NCBI RefSeq assembly: GCF_009914755.1 | Contig: NC_060926.1 | From: the human T2T-CHM13v2.0 reference genome, Homo sapiens | Strand: one strand, 5' to 3' | Length of the DNA stretch: 64,000 nt | In this document: piece by piece, positions 18,213 through 32,952 of the stretch | Position numbering within the stretch: position 1 is the stretch's first letter | Layout: each line of letters starts with the position of its first letter | Notes under the pieces: generated by a model | Databases searched by the model: none | Seen by the model: the letters and a program-made list of their open reading frames with translations, nothing else | What the model was told of the DNA's origin: nothing | Program-made: the position numbers and the translations under genes

Positions 18213-18567
18213 TCAGAACAGTGGGCTCCAGGCAGGGAAGGCTCTCTTGGAGGTGGTCTTTGGGCCTCCTCAAGCTTCCCAGGGGTCTAGGAATGACCTG
18301 TGTGATCTAGCTTCCTGCCACTTCCTGGAGCATTTGACTTTCTTCTTCATGGCCCCCAGCGCCCTTTTCTGAGAACACCACTGACCTCAGCAGTTTCTCT
18401 GAGTGGTTTGCGAAGCCCCGAGGCATGTGTGCCAAGGACCTCCCTGAGATGCCTGAGCTGCTCTTCCCACTCACAGAGCTTTGTGGGGGTTTTAATACAA
18501 TAAGCCATCAAAAGTATAGATTAGACTTTTTTAGCACTGCGTAAAAGACACTTCCATTAAACTCCAT

Positions 18568-18602
<35 letters not shown>

Positions 18603-18689
18603 TTATTGTAACTGTGCCGTTATCCAAAACTCAGCCATAGACATGACGATTTATTCATTTGACAAACACTGAAATTTTTGGCGGGGTGG

Positions 18690-18990
<301 letters not shown>

Positions 18991-19012
18991 TGAGCATTTA
19001 AAGTGTTCTAGG

Positions 19013-19307
19013 GGTCAGGCTGTGCCTCATGCCTATAATCCCAGCACTTTGGGAGGCTGAGGCAGGCGGATCACCTGAGGTCAGGAGTTCAAGACCACCC
19101 TGGCCAACATGGCGAAACCCTGTCTCTACTAAAAATACAAAAATTAGCCGGAGGTGGTGGTGGGCGCCTGTAATCCCAGCTACTTGGGAGGCTGAGGCAT
19201 GAGAATCACTTGAGCCCGGGAGGCGGAGCTTGCAGTGAACTGAGATTGTACACCACTACATTACAGCCTGGGCAACAGAGCGAGACTTCATCTCAAAAAA
19301 AAAAAAA
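19013..19307 (+). mobile_element. Alu inserted in an L2 fragment (~18980-19660)
   Basis: TSD aaagtgttctaggg; L2 motifs (catttattgagca; agtgcaaaggccctg) in the flanks. Confidence 0.88.
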
Positions 19308-20000
19308 GTGTTCTAGGGTATAGACACTGGACTTGCAGTGGGAACAAAACAAAATTCCACCCCATGGAATTTACATTCTGATGGGAAAGATGAGCAATAA
19401 ACAAATAAGCACAGAATATGACGTCAGAAGGAAAAGAAAGCAGAGTGGGGAGTACCAGGGCGTGGGCAGCGGGGAGAAGGCTTTCCAGATAAGATATTGG
19501 AAAAGGCCTAACTGGGGGATTGGCTTTGGAGCGGAGATCTGAATGAAAAAGTAAGTGAATGCATCCTGAGAATGTCTAGGGAAACGGCTGTCCAGGCAGA
19601 GAGAACATCAAGTGCAAAGGCCCTGCGGTAGGACTCATCCCTTAGGCTTGCAGAGAGGGGAGTAGGACTGGAAGCAAGGAGATTCCCCTTCCATGCCCGG
19701 GCATCTCTTTCAGTTGCCCAGGCATGAGATGGAGGTGGCTGGAGCAGGGTGGGAGCAGAGGAGGGGCAAGATGTGGCTGGATCCAGGATGAGCTTGGAGG
19801 GTGGGGTGCCCAGCATCCATGTCTGCATTATGTGAGTTACAACCTCTCTAGATATGGGTGGCTTCACGTATTCTCTTTAAAATTCTCTTTCGGTGATATA
19901 TATTATTGAAAAGATGATCACCTAGGAAAGACCGTAGCTTCCTATTCACCCTGTATCCAGTATACTTTGCTGGAGAAGCCCACGCATGTTATGCAAGTAC

Positions 20001-20245
20001 TATTTTATTTTATTTTATTTTTTAGAGTCTTGCTCTGCCACCCAGGTTGGAGTGCAGTGGTGCGATCTCAGCTCACTCCAACCTCTGCCTCCCAGGTTCA
20101 GCCTCCCAAGTAGCTGAGACGACAGGCATGCACCACCATGCCTGGCTAATTTTTGAATTTTTAGTAGAGACGGGGTTTCACCATGTTGGCCAGGCTGGTC
20201 TTGAACCCCTGATGTCAAGTGATCCTCCCACCTCAGCCTCCCAAA
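20001..20245 (-). mobile_element. Alu (truncated, internal deletion)
   Basis: Alu reverse complement after (ttta)n. Confidence 0.88.
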
Positions 20246-20591
20246 TCCATGTGCATCCTATCATTGGTCTTGCCACTTATTAAGTATTCACTGTGCCAGC
20301 AGCAAAGACCTTTTCACAGCATCCGGCATCTGGTTCCCCACCCCCACCCTCAGCCCTCTGAATTAGGTATTATTCCCATTTGACAGATAAGAAACTGCGG
20401 CTCAGAGGGGCCAAGATGTTTGTCTAACCACATGTATTCTAAGATGTTTGTCTTCAGGCCTAACGGTCAGAGAGACCTTCTCATTACAGGAAGGGACCAC
20501 AAGGGGAATTGTTGCCAGAGGACGGATGTGGCGGCCTAGGGGAAATGGGCTTTGCAGGATCATAAAGGAAGCCTTAAAACTTTGATAATGA

Positions 20592-20921
<330 letters not shown>

Positions 20922-22339
20922 TGAGCAGCCATTTCTGTGGCTTTTGGACGTGAAGATGTGCAGGGAGGAAAGCCTGTGTGGGAAGGAGCGCTTCCTGCGG
21001 GGGCGGGGGAGGTCTCTCCTTCTTCATGTGCCTGCCACTCCCTTAGAAGAGACCTCTCTTGGGCAGTGTCTTGGAAGGTAGGGTGGCCAGCATCCATCAA
21101 GGGACAGAAGCTAATGTCCCCAGGCCAGCCACATTGGTTTGACTTGCTGATAACAGAATGTGGTCCTCTGTGCCTTCTGCAAAGAGCCCTCCAGCAAACT
21201 TCTGCCAGCACCTGGGACATTCCAGGAACTGGGCTAGATGTCGGGAACACCAAAACAAGAAAGGCCCCATTCCTGCCCTTGAGGGAGTTGCAGCCACCTT
21301 TGGGGTATAGCAGAGCATCTTGGCTCTGCCCAAATGGGACCGCTTTTATGGACCAGGGAGTTCACGGCTCTTCGTAGGCATTGACAAGCACAAGGACCCG
21401 TGTTGCTTGGCTGGTGGAGGTGGAGAGTTTGCGGGGTGTGTTGGGTAGGGAATGAGAACACTGTGAAGACAGAAATAAGCATTTGAAGAGGAAGGAGGGA
21501 GTGGCTTGGGGTCATCTGCCACCCTCCGCCTCTGCCCCTCCCCACCCACCTGTATTGACTTCATGCTTGAAGGCCAAGCAGCTGGTGGCAGTAGCCCATG
21601 CGGCAGCTCATGTGATACAAAGACCACAGATTCAGCCCAGCAGCACCACTTAGACAGTGTGAGACTCAGAATCCTCCCCCACTGCAGCCCCAGAGCTGGG
21701 CACCCCGGGAGCTCAGGAGGACCCAGTGCAGGGCAGCATCCCTGGGGGGAATTGCCAGCATGCAGGGTCCAGGGTCGTCTCTGAGGGCTGTGAGCTGTGG
21801 ACTATCAACCTGAAGGAAAAGGGAAGAAAGCAAATGGGCTTGTCATGTTCACAGGTGAGGTGTCTCTGGCATTTCCCTGAAGCCATGGAGGTGACTGTGA
21901 GGAGGCGGCACAGTCCTCCAGGCTGTTGTGATTTGGGTATCACTGTTCCTGGGACTGAGATTTTGCTTGCAGTTTGGGAAACCCAGGCACTTGGGTGGCA
22001 GAGGTGCATGACCTGGTCTCATAGTGACCACAGCTCTCTACCTGTCAGGCTTAGAGTGAGGATACGGGTCATCTCATGCCATCCTTGTAGCAGCCCCCAC
22101 GAGGTAGTACTATGATTGCTTCCAGTTTACAGAAGCTGAGGTTACACTTGGCCAAGTTCCCCTAGAAAAAGGAGTGGTGCCAGGAATGACCTGGCCACCT
22201 GACACCTTGGCGTGGGTCCCCCTCCCCTGTATGCAGCTTAGGGAACATCGCTCCTGGAAAACGTCTAGTCTCACACACAGGGTGGGGCTCTGAGTGCAGG
22301 AGTCTTTATTCTAAGAGTCTTTCTTCTATTTTGAAGTAA

Positions 22340-24075
<1,736 letters not shown>

Positions 24076-24230
24076 TGAATTACGTCTTCATTGCAAACAA
24101 TGTGGGTTCATGGGTGTGGGGCGTGTCTCTGAGTTGCGGGGGTGTCTGCAAGACAATCCCCGGGCCTGGGAAGAAAGTATGAGCATAGACAGAGATCATG
24201 CAGATACGGATATGTGTATGTGTAATCTTA

Positions 24231-24535
<305 letters not shown>

Positions 24536-25383
24536 ATACTGATGTGCTTATGTTTAATGTAGACATAAATCTATACCCACGTTTTTCCTGCTGGGCCGCT
24601 TGTATCCAGGTGCTGAGTACCACTGTTGCTGTGGGTCGTGTGAAGGAGGCCCACCCCTGTGTCCTGAGGGCAGCCCTCCCCCACGGCAAATGGCTTGTCC
24701 AGAGGCGTCCAGTCCATCGGAGCCCAGAAGCCACTGCCACAGCTTGCTCACCTTGACTCTCTTTGCTTGCACCCAGAATTCACACCAGCACTGGGCCCCT
24801 CAGTGTCCAGGAAGGAAGCCCGTGCTATGTCCACAGACCCACTGATGGGAAGACCAAGTGACGGGAGGGAGCGGAGCCCCGCAGGCCTTCCCAGGGCTCA
24901 AAGCTTACCCGAGGTTCTCTATCTCACCCCAGCATCCAAACGCCAGGATCCCAATGCAGACAGCCCCACCATGCCCGGCTAATTTTGATGCCTGTGCTTT
25001 CTGATCAGCCCCCTCCACCTTGTCTGCCTTTGTCCCAGGGCAGTCCTTGAATCCTTTGCAGAGCTGTCCCGCCCCATGGTGTTCCTCCAAGTGTGACGAG
25101 ACTCTTGTCCACCCTCCTTGACTGTACAAGCAGGACACTTGGGAACCTTGTTTCTGTTCTGTTCACATCTGGAGACTCCAGGCTGTGCACAGGCCTGGGG
25201 ATGACAGGCCTGCCCCTTCTCCAACTCCTCTCTGGCTCCTCGGGTGGAGGAAGTCGCTACAGGTGTGTGTTTCTCTGGGGATGCTTCACAGAGCCACTTC
25301 TGCCCTCACGCTGGAGAAATGAAATAGTCGTCAAACTCCACAGAGAATTGGTCTGTGCTGCCTAGAACGATCCAGACCACCCC

Positions 25384-25386
<3 letters not shown>

Positions 25387-25440
<54 letters not shown>
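25387..25440. repeat. (AC)27 microsatellite
   Basis: Perfect AC run of 54 bp. Confidence 0.97.
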
Positions 25441-25442
<2 letters not shown>

Positions 25443-25839
25443 CCCCCATATGCTGGGCTGAAGTCTAAACCCCAGAGACATTGGGAGAGGGCCAAGTTGC
25501 CATGAGGACAAGCAGTGGTCGGGGAGCCAGCCCCAGATGAAGATGAGTGTGGAACGGGCCCCATGCGAGAAAAGGAGGTTTGGTGGTTTTAACCAGGTAA
25601 GGAGAAAGTCCTCAGATTACGTTAATGGCCCAGAAAGGACAGAGGAGGCCAGGAAGGAGCAAATGGCCCAAATTCCTTGTCTGTCTTCTGAAGGAGCCTG
25701 AAGTTATTGTGTGTGATTTTCATTTGGATAGCAATATAAATGTGTGTTTGATAATTTTCATGAAAAACCTTAAGGAACCTCCAACAGAATTACACACCGG
25801 CTGTCTATTTTCCAAATCATTGCAGAAGATAAAAGCAAG

Positions 25840-26940
25840 CACAACAGTCTACAGAAAACAAGTAAAATGGAACAAAAAATGTAAAAGAACCTTAAAAACA
25901 GAAAGTCAAAATCAAGATGAAGACATTGGTCCAAGCATAAGCAATAGTGTGAACAACTTAGGCCTCCTTAATAAAAAGCAAAATTTTTCAAATTACATAT
26001 ATTTTAACCTAATATATTATAAATACACCTAAATTTTAAAAAACCCACACACAAGAAGGGAAAGGATCAAAGCTTGGGAAAAGATATCAAGCACCAATAA
26101 AAATAAAATAGGGCTGATAATGTTCACATCAGACAAAACAGAATTTACTGGGAAGTACTTGGCATAAAATGAAGGAACTCTAAGTGCAGGCTACGTGGGT
26201 GCAGGCATGACTCCTGTTTGCTGAAATCTAGGTCTCTTCCAGGCATGAGCAAGAAACAAACCTTTGGCATTTTAAGCCACTGAGCTTTGGGGATGGCTTG
26301 TTAGCACAGCATAACCCCCCATCTCCTAATAGATATGTTAATACTGAACCTTCTGTACTGAATAACAACCATATAACTATGAATGTGAGGATAAATGGGA
26401 AAAAAGTCACAGTGCATTTTCCAACATCATTATCAGTCTTCAGTGAATCAAAAACAGGGTCAGAAGATTGGGCCATGGTAATATAAAAGGTAAAATGGAT
26501 TAAATATTTACGGAATTTTGAACTGTGTTAGTAGGTCTTTATATTTTCAAACTATCTGTGTGCTAGTTACAAAATTGATTAAAACATAGGAATTAATAAT
26601 AAAGCAGAAAGTATACAATCACTGAACCAACCTCAGTAGTACTAAAGTTAATAATACGAATTAAACAAAAATTAAACTCCACTTGTTATGGAAAAAAAAT
26701 AGGTCAATAGACTATTTAGAAGCTAAGAACAGTGAAATTGCCACATATCAAAACTTTGGGATATCGATACAGTCATACTCTGGAATGTGTTCAGTTAAGC
26801 ATTGAGAAAAGGTTCAGAAAATTAAAACCAATATAAATAAAATTATGAAGTAATATACATGCAAAAATAAACAGAAAATAACAAAATAAAACAAAAGCAT
26901 ATTCTGATAGCTGAAATAATTAAAAAGTTAATGAAATGGT
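25840..26940 (+). mobile_element. Degraded L1M fragments with an MLT1 piece (~26170-26330)
   Basis: A-rich L1-like strand bias, atcagacaaaacaga and acatatcaaaac motifs; ttttaagccactgagctttgggg (MLT1). Confidence 0.55.
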
Positions 26941-26972
26941 TGAACTTCCCATCCTCACAAATTGGAATGTAA

Positions 26973-27373
<401 letters not shown>

Positions 27374-28339
27374 TGAGACCGACAGACACTGCCAAGTCAG
27401 GAAGAGGAGGAACTGAGACTAGAAGGAGCCGTAGAGGAACAGCTGACCCTGCCTTGGCTTTTGGTTCATGGACCAAATGCCTCAATGAGGAATGAGTAAA
27501 AGCATTCACTTCTCCGTTCTCGGGGTCTCCACTCAGAGTCCCAGGACTGGTGGGCTGCCAGCCATTCCTCTCATGCTTCCTGAGATGGGCAGGCTCTTTT
27601 CCTGCCATCTGATATTCTGCCATTTTCCCAACATCTTTCTCCAACTAAGCACACAGATTGCAAATCACAAAAATGGCCAGGTGAGATGGGGTGCTCACGC
27701 ATGCCTTCAGGATACACAGAGAACAGATCTCTGAAATATATCTGCAAAAGGATCTAGAAGAAAGTCTCAGTAAACTGCTACATTCGATGTTGGATGCGGG
27801 AGGACGTGGACTCTGTGAATCAGGAGCTAAAATGAAAAGGCAACAGTGAGATCAAAAGGGAACCAGATAAGACAAAAGGGGAAAAGGATCAGATACAGAA
27901 AACTTACAAAGAGATAGAAAATGTGGTGGAAGATTGAATCAGAGGTGTGAAAAACAAACTGAAATTCTCGAACAGGACAGAGTAGACCGTGGGGATGCTG
28001 GGGGTGAGGCAGGCTGCTCTAGGGCTGGTTTGCCCTGGAGAGGAACTGACTGGAGCTTGCCAGGAAACATTTCTGCTTCTGTCCCTTCACTGGACAACAA
28101 ATGGCATCTGTCCAGGGCCTGGACCAGGATCGGATAGAGAACATCAGACACTCTGCCATCAGGGAGGGGACATTGTCAACTGGCATTCTCTGGGGCAGGG
28201 AGGGAGGACCAGTGATCCACAAGGCAAGCCCATTACAGCTATAAATGTGAGGTCACTCCCAGGATCAGACCTGCTAGTCACGCTGCGCTCATACTTCTGA
28301 TGTGGTCACTTTTGTCTTCTGCAACCAAGATAAGAAATT

Positions 28340-28770
28340 GCCTCTAGAGAGGTGGTATCCACCCCTGCCCTGCTGCCTGGCCTTATCCCTGTGAGAGGGA
28401 GTTGCTGGCTGACACTTCAACCAAGGCGCTCCTGTGCTGGTGGGTCACAGCCTGCCCTGGCCCCTCCCGCTTGCTGCTTGGGTTCTAGCCAATTGGACAC
28501 ACCAGCAGGAGGCTGGAAGGGAGGGGAGAAAGAAGCCGAGATCGTTCTCATTCCACATCCCTGCAGGAGCTCCTGCCCCATGGCACAGCTTCTGCCCCAT
28601 GGCACAGCTCCTGCTAGATGACACCCCACCCAGCTCAGCTCTGAAGACAGCTCCCTCCCTTCGGCCCCAGGGAAGAAACTGGCTTCCCACTGGGCACCTC
28701 TCTCTCAGCTGCCCCGACTCTGGAAATTGTCGCTTTCTTAAAGCTCTTCATGTGAACCATTGGAGTCAAA
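28340..28770. mobile_element. Possible LTR33-like ERVL LTR relic containing a 19-bp tandem repeat (28568-28614)
   Basis: gggttctagccaattggacacaccagcaggaggctggaaggg motif; family assigned from memory. Confidence 0.45.
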
Positions 28771-28775
28771 TCTGG

Positions 28776-29157
<382 letters not shown>

Positions 29158-30701
29158 TAGGCTAAGGGCTCTTCCTAAGGCACCAACAGGGTCTGGATAT
29201 TGAGGCTTCTCTGATCACCCCCAGGGCGCCCAACCCGTGCAGAGCCCTATCTCCCACCACCCTTGCAGGTCATGACTGTCAGGGGAGGCCCTCTTGCTTG
29301 TTTGGTGGGGAAGGCAGGCTCCCAGACCACTTGCTGTAGGCCTGGCGATACCGCCCCACCTCGCCAGGGCACACACCGCCTCCATGGCAGGTGCACCACC
29401 TCTGCCCCACGGGCGCTGCCTCTCAACGTGATGTCCTCAGATGGGCTTGACAGACTGGGCCTTTCCTCCAGGCGTGTGTGGGGGCCCAAGGTAGGCTTCC
29501 TGGGCCTAGTGCTGCTGGGCCAGGGTTCCCACATGTCAACAGCTGCGGCACCAGGGACCAGGCATGCCCAGCGACTCCTCCCTGTGGGCCCCCTGCCTCC
29601 CCCAATGGCTGTGCTGCTGGAAAGGGAACGAGGCCCTCCAGCCCCCGAAACTCTCTTTGCCTCTGCTGTGCTCTGGCCTGTCCAGCCCCGTGGCGTTTCC
29701 CAGGGACTCTTCTACAATTGATCTTAGCTAAAAGGCCAAGAGATGATCAAGATATGTCTTCCCGCACTGCAGAGATGCCCGTTTTGAGAGGACCGGGACT
29801 CCAGCGAGCCCCACCTGGGCGCTGTTTCTCCAAGCTGGCCCTGGCAGTTGTCACCTCAGATGGGAGAGAAGCCACAGGTGCTCCAGGCAGCTTGGAGATT
29901 AGAGGCTCCCTGAGAGGAAGGAGGCCAGGACAGAGGCCCAAGGCTGGAAGCTCTCAGATAACAGCACCTGGGCCATCTCTGGAGGTGTCAAAACACTTCC
30001 TGTTAGTTATTGAATATTTGTCACTCCTTCTGGGCTTTCCTGCGGAAATCCCTGGCTGGGACAACATATTCCAGTCGCTGCTGAGGAAGCAGTTGCAGGA
30101 CTTCAGGTCTGGATGTAAAAGGGGAGGACTGGCTGTATGGCTGTATCCTAAAGCAACAGGCGGAGGGGCTGGCCTTGACAGCGGAGGGCTGTGCTTTTTG
30201 TTTGCAGGCAAATACGCAGGACAAGAGCACTTAGGAGGACAGCATGTGTAGCTTGGGCCCGAGAGGCCATATTGGCCCAGATGGTAGCCAGGCACTGTCC
30301 ACAGGGAAAACCCTTTAGCTTCTAGTGGGGGTTCCCTAGATCCCAGAATTCGCCATCCCTTCTGCCTCTGGGCCTTGGGAAGACGTGCCTGCCTCGCCAC
30401 CAGCAAAGCTGGCAGTGTCACCTTCTGCCACCCCCTGCTCCCTCCCTGGTCTGTAAGGGGTCTGCAGACAGCACAAGGAGCCGGGGCACTCACTGGCGAG
30501 GCTCGGGTGCTGGAGTCCTCAGCGTCAGTGATGCGGGCCCATAATCTTCCAGCCACCGAGGTGGGAGTGGGACAGAGGAAGGTAGCCATGCTCTGGGTGG
30601 CTTCCACAGGTGTCCCCAAGGAAGGGGGACTGGAAATGTCCTCTGGGGCACTTGTGGAAGTTGAGAGAACTTTTGAGGGAAGTTGTAGAAGCTGGAACGT
30701 G

Positions 30702-31025
30702 TCTTTTCTTTCTTTTGTGTGTGCGTGTGTGTGTGTTTGTGTGTAACAGTCTCACTCTGTTGCCTAGGTTGGAGTGTAGAGGGGTGATCACAGCTCACTG
30801 CAGCCTTGACCTCTGGGGCACAAGCAATCCTCCTACCTCAGCCTTCCCCCGAGTAGCTGGGACTAGAGGTGGCCACCACCATGCCCAGCTATTTTTTTAT
30901 TTTTTGTAAAGATGGGGGTCTTGCTAAATTGCCCTGGCTGGTCTCGAACTCCTGGGCTCAAGTGATCTGTCCGCCTCGGCTTCCCAAACTGTTGGGATTA
31001 CAGGTGTGGCCACTGTGCCCAGCCA
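30702..31025 (-). mobile_element. AluJ with a (TG)n-converted tail
   Basis: TG-rich simple repeat ~30716-30744 abutting the Alu reverse complement. Confidence 0.88.
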
Positions 31026-31715
31026 GGAACATGTCTAAAAGGGGATTTCTCACCTGGGCAATGTCACTGTGTTGGCTACTCACACACTTGAGAGGTTGCT
31101 GCTGGAGGGCTACCTGGAACAAAGGTCCCAGGGCTCAAACACCCACAGAAAGACCAGGTGACACTGGCTACCTCCCCAGTGACACTTCCTCTGGAACTCC
31201 TCTCGGTGCCTGCGGACCCATGAGCACAGGGCAACACTGCTCCCAATTCCCCTGAGCAGGGTGCCCCCAATCCACTGATGTTACTGGCCCAAGAGGGTAT
31301 GTTCCCACCTTCCCCTAACAGGGGACAGATGACAGGGAAGGCTGCACAGGGCTGTCATCCAACCAAGCATGTAGTGAGAGTACCTCGGAATTATTTCAAA
31401 GTTTCCTGCTGGTTTTAGGAGAAGAGATTCTAATCTAAATTATATTCATAAATTCTAAATTATATTCATAATTCCACACTCATAGCTCCATGGGGCATAG
31501 GAAATGTAATTGTTAGTGGCTTCAAGTGAAAAGAAAACCCACAACCCTCCCACAAAGCGCAGCACACTACAGATATGAAATTTGATAACGCCTTTTCCTT
31601 CTCTCCAAGGTCTCGGCTCCCAGCTGACCATGGCATTCATTATGAGGCACAAACTACCCATCCTAGGCTTTGTGAGCGAGTCTAGAAAACAGAGTTGCTG
31701 AGATTCGTAAGGTGA

Positions 31716-32155
<440 letters not shown>

Positions 32156-32194
32156 TAATTCATAACATCTGACTTCCTAGCGGTCAGGTGTTTG

Positions 32195-32345
32195 AGCAGA
32201 GCTTCCTGACCTGGCTGAGCTGGTCAGAATCACTTGGGACGAAACTTACACAGCCAGTCCTATCAGATTCGGAGAAGGCAGGAATCTGTATTTTTAGCAA
32301 GGTCTCCAGGGGATTCTGACACAGATAAATCCAGAATTGGGAATC
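32195..32345. mobile_element. MER5-like DNA transposon relic
   Basis: tcagaatcacttgg...caggaatctgtatttttagcaag...ccaggggattctga. Confidence 0.6.
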
Positions 32346-32449
32346 TGCCTGTCAGACCTATTTGGAGGCAATGCCTTTTCTTCACATTCTCCCTCTTTCT
32401 CAGCCTAAGTCCTAAAAAATACAGGCAACAAGTAAATAAAGACAGTTTT

Positions 32450-32952
32450 CAAGATATTCATGGAATGACTTTTTTTTTTTTACATTTTTTTTAACTAGTT
32501 AGGACAAAAACATTACAATGATTGACTTCTTTCATTTAGTTACATAAATAAAATTTTTATAAATATCTCTTTATAAACAATATAAATAGCTTTACAACAT
32601 AAATACATTTATGCATGACATGAATTTACAAACAGCAATGTTTTACAGCTGGTTCTGTCAGTCTCTTAAAAACTGTCCCTTGTCATCAAGTCGGTGTAGG
32701 TGTGTGTGTTTCATGTATATAATATATATATAATATATAACTTTTTATTTTTCATTTTAAAAAAACAAATAATAAAATCACAACCCCCTCCCCAAATAAT
32801 AATAAAACAGCTGGTGTTGTGTATTCCCAGTACCAGGAAAAAAAAAGAAAGAAAGAAAGAAATGTAAAAGCCACATTGCGTTGGAGGTGTTTCCAGATGC
32901 TGGAGGCTGATGACCAAAGATGACCTCAGCACAACGGAGCCAGTTCCCGATC
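32450..32952 (-). other. NPPC: NPPC exon 3, non-coding 3'UTR (3' end approximate)
   Basis: Starts at a strong acceptor; AU-rich with AATAAA (plus-strand tttatt 32744-32749) and ATTTA motifs; resembles the mammalian Nppc 3'UTR as I recall it. Confidence 0.82.
32744..32749 (-). terminator. Canonical AATAAA polyadenylation signal in NPPC exon 3 (possibly a proximal site)
   Basis: Sense-strand context TGAAAAATAAAAAG; no clear GU-rich downstream element, so usage is uncertain. Confidence 0.45.

Noticed and set aside
29263-30619. 257-aa (+) and 221-aa (-) ORFs in GC-rich unique sequence
   Set aside because: No recognisable protein features, and overlapping ORFs on both strands are typical of chance in GC-rich DNA.
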